Shown: one piece after another, positions 59,544 through 64,000 of the stretch
How positions within the stretch are numbered: the first letter of the stretch is position 1
How the letters are laid out: each line of letters opens with the position of its first letter
Assembly: GCA_052390235.1 (NCBI GenBank)
Contig: JBQTHB010000001.1
Coordinates: forward strand, 1-64,000
DNA: 64,000 nt
Direction: 5' to 3'
From: Deltaproteobacteria bacterium
GTDB lineage: Bacteria; Desulfobacterota_D; UBA1144; Nemesobacterales; CSP1-2
The notes under the pieces: generated by a model
Seen by the model: the letters and a program-made list of their open reading frames with translations, nothing else
Databases searched by the model: none
Told to the model about the DNA's origin: nothing
Program-made: the position numbers and the translations under genes

Positions 59544-62093
59544 ATGGAACTCGGAGATAAAACAGTCCTTCACGCTCCCCAATACTCACAGCTTAACTCA
59601 AGCGGTTTATTCGTCCTCATTGACCCCGAAGGTCCCAATTGGATAAGCACCGACTCCCGCGGGGCGCGCATCATGAGTTACGTTGATGGGAAGAGGAATT
59701 TCGACGACATCGTGAAGCAATACTCCTGCGAGTACTCCCTTAATTCGGCTAAGGCTTGGGTTCACGTGGACTCCTTCGTCAAAGACGCTCTCAGAGAGAA
59801 ATTCCTCTCTCTTAACCCCTATTCGAGGTCTCCTTACAGCGGCAGAAGGGAGCATCTGGACTCAAGCCACCTCAAAGAGCTATGGATTCACACGAATAAC
59901 CACTGCAATCTGCAATGCGCCCACTGCCTCGTCAGTTCGGGTCCGCTTGAAGACCGGGGGATGCCTACGGACGATATAAAACGCCTAATTGACGAGGGGC
60001 GGGAACTCGGCGTGCATCAGTTCTATTTCACGGGCGGAGAGCCGTTCATAAGAAAAGACATATATAAACTCATCGAATATGTTACGCGGGACGCACACTC
60101 GGAGCTTATAGTCCTGTCAAACGGGATGTTCTTCGCTCAGGAAAAAAATATGCGCGAACTCCTCGAGGTGGCGCGCGGCAGGTTTAAGCCCCAAATTAGC
60201 CTCGACGGCTCTACAGCCGAGGCTAATGACCAAATCCGGGGCAGGGGCACGTTTGGAAAGATTATTAGCGGCATCAAAGCGGCGGCGGCGGCGGGGCTGA
60301 ATCCGACAGTTACTACGGTCGTTACTGCGTTAAACGCCGATGACGTGCCTAACGTAACAAAACTGGTCGCCTCTCTGGGGGTGAAAAATCACCACCTGCT
60401 CTGGCTCCATCAAAGGGGGAGAATAACGGACGGAAGCGGCAACAACCTCATTCTGCCCACCTATAAGCTCATCGAAACCGTCAAGCGCGCAAGGAAATCC
60501 GCCGACGAGGCTGGGATAGTGATTGACAACTTTGAAGCGGCAAAGACGAAACTCAAATCCAAGAAATTCACCAAATTCGACCTCAGCAACGCCTGCGTCG
60601 AGAGCCTGTGCGTCTATTCATCTGGAGAGGTCTATCCCTCGGCGGCATCGGCTAATTTCATGGGACTGTCCTGCGGCAATATCAAGGAAAAATCCCTCGC
60701 CGAGATTTGGGAGTCGAGCGGAACGGTCAATATGTTTCGCGACGCCACGGTGCAGAAAAAAGCCAAATGCAACAGTTGCTATATAAAGTTCATCTGCGGC
60801 GGCGGCGACGTGGAGCATTCCTATTTCTACTCGGCGGCTACGTTCGGCAGGGGAGACGTTCACGGCTTAGACCCCTACTCAGAACTCCATGAATTCATCA
60901 TCAGGACCACTCTGTTCGAGCTTGCCGGAGAGCGGGTGAAGTCCTTTAACTACAGGTCTGGATACGACGCTCCCGCCGTTTTTCTCGGCATGGGCGAGGG
61001 GGCAATTGCCTGCGGGCAGAACGGCTCAAACGGCAACGCCAATGGAAACGGCAACGGACACATCGCAAAATTTTCGGATTTCAATGTGGAGGTGTCGCAC
61101 TCAAACTGCGTGCTGACGTTCAACATTGATAAATCCAGAGAAGCCGTGAGGAAGTTCTACGGAAAAGCCGCAGAGGAGCCTCAAAAGGAGCTGTGCTGTC
61201 CCACGAGTTATCCCATAGAGGACACCAGCCACATCCCTCAGGAGGTTCTCGACAGGTTTTACGGTTGCGGAAGCCCCATGAGCATCGCCGAGGTTAAGCC
61301 TCAGGAGACCGTGGTTGACCTCGGCTCAGGAGCGGGGATTGACTGCTTCATCGCGGCGAAAAAAGTCGGCTCATTCGGGCGTGTCATAGGAGTGGATATG
61401 ACGGATCAGATGCTTGAAGTAGCTATGGAGTCGAAAAAAACCGTCGGGCGCAATCTCGGATACGACGTCGTGGATTTCAGAAAAGGTTTCCTCGAAGAGA
61501 TACCAGTCGAGGATAAATCCGTTGACCTCATCACATCGAACTGCGTCATTAATCTATCGCCGGACAAGAAAAAAGTGTTCTCCGAGATGTGGCGCGTGCT
61601 GAAGGACAATGGGCGTATCGTCATATCGGACATCGTCTCGGAGATAGAAGTGCCGCCTCACCTCGCAACGAATGACAGGCTCTGGGGAGAGTGTCTCACC
61701 GGCGCGCTCACCGAAGAGCAGTTCATATCCTACCTTGAGCAGGCGGGATTCTACGGGCTTCAGGTGCTGAAAAAGGTCTATTGGAAAGACGTTGAGAACT
61801 ATAAATTTTTCTCTGTAACCGTGAGAGGGTTTAAATTTGAAAAGCGCGCCGGATGCATTTTCATAGGTCAAAAGGCGATTTATCAGGGCCCGTTCAAAGC
61901 CACAGTTGACGAAGAGGGACACATTTTCCCGCGCGGCGAAGAGGTCGAGGTCTGCACGGACACAGCGGAGAAGCTCTCGCGGGCGCCTTATGCCGGGCTA
62001 TTTGTCGTAACCGACCCAACGCGGGAGTCTCAGGCGGATTTTGCCTGCTGTTCCACCGACGGCGGATGCGGACCTGGTGGCGGTTGCTGTTAG
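59544..62093 (+). CDS. Fusion: PqqD/RRE-like + radical SAM + SPASM-like + arsenite methyltransferase (ArsM/AS3MT-like) with Cys-rich tail
   Basis: CNLQCAHC, TGGEP, SLDG; C..C.....CGGG; LCCP, FYGCGSP, DLGSGAG.DCF, GVDMT, SNCVINL, WGECLTGAL; tail CCSTDGGCGPGGGCC. Confidence 0.88.
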   Translation: MELGDKTVLHAPQYSQLNSSGLFVLIDPEGPNWISTDSRGARIMSYVDGKRNFDDIVKQYSCEYSLNSAKAWVHVDSFVKDALREKFLSLNPYSRSPYSGRREHLDSSHLKELWIHTNNHCNLQCAHCLVSSGPLEDRGMPTDDIKRLIDEGRELGVHQFYFTGGEPFIRKDIYKLIEYVTRDAHSELIVLSNGMFFAQEKNMRELLEVARGRFKPQISLDGSTAEANDQIRGRGTFGKIISGIKAAAAAGLNPTVTTVVTALNADDVPNVTKLVASLGVKNHHLLWLHQRGRITDGSGNNLILPTYKLIETVKRARKSADEAGIVIDNFEAAKTKLKSKKFTKFDLSNACVESLCVYSSGEVYPSAASANFMGLSCGNIKEKSLAEIWESSGTVNMFRDATVQKKAKCNSCYIKFICGGGDVEHSYFYSAATFGRGDVHGLDPYSELHEFIIRTTLFELAGERVKSFNYRSGYDAPAVFLGMGEGAIACGQNGSNGNANGNGNGHIAKFSDFNVEVSHSNCVLTFNIDKSREAVRKFYGKAAEEPQKELCCPTSYPIEDTSHIPQEVLDRFYGCGSPMSIAEVKPQETVVDLGSGAGIDCFIAAKKVGSFGRVIGVDMTDQMLEVAMESKKTVGRNLGYDVVDFRKGFLEEIPVEDKSVDLITSNCVINLSPDKKKVFSEMWRVLKDNGRIVISDIVSEIEVPPHLATNDRLWGECLTGALTEEQFISYLEQAGFYGLQVLKKVYWKDVENYKFFSVTVRGFKFEKRAGCIFIGQKAIYQGPFKATVDEEGHIFPRGEEVEVCTDTAEKLSRAPYAGLFVVTDPTRESQADFACCSTDGGCGPGGGCC

Positions 62094-62148
62094 ACGCGTT
62101 TCCAGTCGAATCCGAGTGATTCGGCTTGCTCTCGAAACCACATTGAAC

Positions 62149-62775
62149 ATGGCACGCCAGAACGTCCTCATTGTTTTCGTGAAATACCCTGAGCCGGGAA
62201 AGGTTAAAACCCGCCTCGCGCGGGACATCGGCAGGGAGGGAGCGACGGAGATATACAGGCTCATGGCGGAGCGTGTAGTCGAGAGAGTCTGCGCTTCAGT
62301 AAATTACGCAACTGCCCTGTTTTTCGATCCGTCCGAGAGGCAGGAGGATTTCCGGCGCTGGCTCGGAGGGGATAGAACGCTCATCCCACAGAGAGGAGAA
62401 TCGCTGGGAGGCAGAATGGCGACGGCATTCAACGAAGTTTTTACATCCGGGGCACAGAGAGCCGTAATAATTGGCACGGACTGCCTCGGCGTATCGGAGG
62501 AGACGGTCGCACAGGCGCTTCGGAAATTGGACGTGGCAGATATCGTCATCGGCCCTGCGGAGGACGGCGGGTATTACCTACTTGGACTCAAATCTGCGCT
62601 ACCCGCGATTTTTGACGGCATCGAGTGGAGCACAGAGCGGGTGTTTGCCCAGACCATCGAGAGGGTTCGAGACCTCGGACTGAGCTGCGCGCTACTGGAC
62701 ACTAAGCGGGATATTGACACCATCGCTGATATTGACGATGAGACTTTGAAAGAACTGAAGAAAATATCTATTTAA
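62149..62775 (+). CDS. TIGR04282/DUF2064-like glycosyltransferase-fold protein (arsenosugar-cluster associated)
   Basis: KYPEPGKVKTRLA, Q.GESLG.RM, IIGTDC, IGPAEDGGYYLLG, I.WST..V, DID. Confidence 0.88.
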   Translation: MARQNVLIVFVKYPEPGKVKTRLARDIGREGATEIYRLMAERVVERVCASVNYATALFFDPSERQEDFRRWLGGDRTLIPQRGESLGGRMATAFNEVFTSGAQRAVIIGTDCLGVSEETVAQALRKLDVADIVIGPAEDGGYYLLGLKSALPAIFDGIEWSTERVFAQTIERVRDLGLSCALLDTKRDIDTIADIDDETLKELKKISI

Positions 62776-62786
62776 AGGAGAAGCGT

Positions 62787-63650
62787 ATGAAGAGATTTAT
62801 ATCAGCCTCGGTAATTACAGTGATAATTTCTATTGCCGCCATCGCCTGTTCCAGTGAGAAAAGGGGGGAGTCGACTCCTAGCCCTACAGCCTCAACCGCT
62901 CTAAGCGGCAGGCTCGTTATCACCGGGTCAAGCACGGTCGCCCCCCTTGTCGGAGAAATTGCAAAGCGTTTTGAGGCCCAACATTCTGACGTTCGTATTG
63001 ATGTACAGACAGGAGGCTCGTCCAGAGGAATCGCCGACGCCGCTCAAGGAACGGCGGACTTAGGCATGGCATCGCGCGGGCTTAAGGGCGAAGAGAGCGG
63101 TCTCGCGGAACATCCAATAGCTCTGGATGGGATTTCAATCATCGTTCACGCCGACAATCCGATATCGCAATTGACCGATGCCGAGATTATTGGCATCTAC
63201 ACCGGGAGAATCTCGAATTGGAAGGATGTCGGAGGCAACGATGCGCCGATAACCGTGGTCAATAAAGCCGAAGGACGAGCCACGCTAGAGCTTTTTGTGG
63301 GTTATTTTAAAATTAAAAATTCCGATATTAAAGCCTCTGTCGTCATCGGCGACAATGAGCAGGGCGTAAAAACCGTCGCCGGCAACCCCAATTCCATCGG
63401 ATATGTGTCCATCGGCACGGCCGAATACGACGCAAAAATCGGAGTCCCGATAAAGCTCTTGCCAGTGGGCAGCATCGCTCCCACCCTCGAGAACGTGCAG
63501 AACGGCTCGTTTCCGATATCGCGTCCGCTCATTTTGGTTACCAAGCCCGCGCCGCAGGGACTTGCAAGAGAATTCATTGATTACGCGCAGTCTGAAGCGG
63601 TATATGACATAGTGAAGGAGCAGTATTTTGTCCCGATACCGAAGCGATAG
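62787..63650 (+). CDS. pstS: PstS-like phosphate/oxyanion-binding lipoprotein
   Basis: Lipobox IACS; GSSTV, GGSS.GI, GMASR, ALDGI, IYTG.I.NW.DVGG, FPISRPL. Confidence 0.85.
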   Translation: MKRFISASVITVIISIAAIACSSEKRGESTPSPTASTALSGRLVITGSSTVAPLVGEIAKRFEAQHSDVRIDVQTGGSSRGIADAAQGTADLGMASRGLKGEESGLAEHPIALDGISIIVHADNPISQLTDAEIIGIYTGRISNWKDVGGNDAPITVVNKAEGRATLELFVGYFKIKNSDIKASVVIGDNEQGVKTVAGNPNSIGYVSIGTAEYDAKIGVPIKLLPVGSIAPTLENVQNGSFPISRPLILVTKPAPQGLAREFIDYAQSEAVYDIVKEQYFVPIPKR

Positions 63651-64000
63651 AATCCTGATTTGGTCTCTGAGAGTATCAGCCGTTCTTGCGGGGATTATCG
63701 TTTTGCTGATAGCCGCATTTCTCGCGCTTGAATCTCTGCCCGCTCTGCGCAGCGTCGGCATCCTGAGGTTCTTTACTGACGACTCGTGGCATCCGGCGGA
63801 GGGGCTTTATAACCTCACCCCCATGCTCTGGGGAACGCTCTTTGCCATGGCGGGTTCTGTGCTAATAGCAACGCCGCTTGGGATAATCTCTGCCGTGTTT
63901 TGCCATTTCTACGCGCCCGCCTCAGTCGCCGGGGCGTATCGCAGGCTCATAGAACTGCTGGCGGGGATTCCGTCAGTGGTCTATGGATTTTGGGGGCTGG
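63628..64000 (+). CDS. pstC: Phosphate ABC transporter permease PstC, partial (runs off window)
   Basis: Manual translation from TTG 63628 (SD AAGGAG): ...WHPAEGLYNLTPMLWGT...ATPLG...IELLAGIPSVVYGFWGL. Confidence 0.88.
   Translation, partial: MSRYRSDRILIWSLRVSAVLAGIIVLLIAAFLALESLPALRSVGILRFFTDDSWHPAEGLYNLTPMLWGTLFAMAGSVLIATPLGIISAVFCHFYAPASVAGAYRRLIELLAGIPSVVYGFWGL

Noticed and set aside
57701..62093. Selenoproteins (YHS family and rSAM/ArsM families include Sec-containing members)
   Set aside because: Both ORFs are continuous with Cys codons and end in TAA/TAG; no in-frame TGA

Overview
Bacterial chromosomal window from a diderm organism. Gene content and order (lysS-lolC-lolD-bamA-skp-fabZ, rpoH, stand-alone gatB, mreBCD-mrdA-rodA, a GGGGC-TM-RRR-tailed surface protein) look deltaproteobacteria-like, possibly Ca. 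Dadabacteria/Desulfobacterota; this is inference only. Most of the window is housekeeping: the tRNA-Thr/Tyr/Gly/Thr-tuf operon, envelope biogenesis, rplU-rpmA, rlmN-alaS, hemB, egtB-egtD, the rod-shape operon, an amidase, an L,D-transpeptidase, tRNA-Leu, mutL-gmhA and siroheme-type enzymes. Two accessory loci stand out. (1) At 59.0-64.0 kb, an ArsR-led operon encodes a single PqqD/RRE-like + radical SAM + SPASM + ArsM-type methyltransferase fusion, a TIGR04282-like glycosyltransferase and a divergent PstS/PstC transporter, making it a candidate organoarsenical biosynthesis system. (2) At 40.6-43.4 kb, a long-chain acyl-CoA-ligase-like domain with a degenerate P-loop is fused to tandem diadenylate cyclase (DAC) domains, next to a TetR-ECF sigma pair with two matching palindromic operators. 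Also notable: a HAMP + pseudo-adenylate cyclase, a GldC homologue outside Bacteroidota, absence of lpxD/lpxA from the bamA-skp-fabZ cluster, and dispersed composite palindromic intergenic repeats. No CRISPR array, integrase or transposase was seen.
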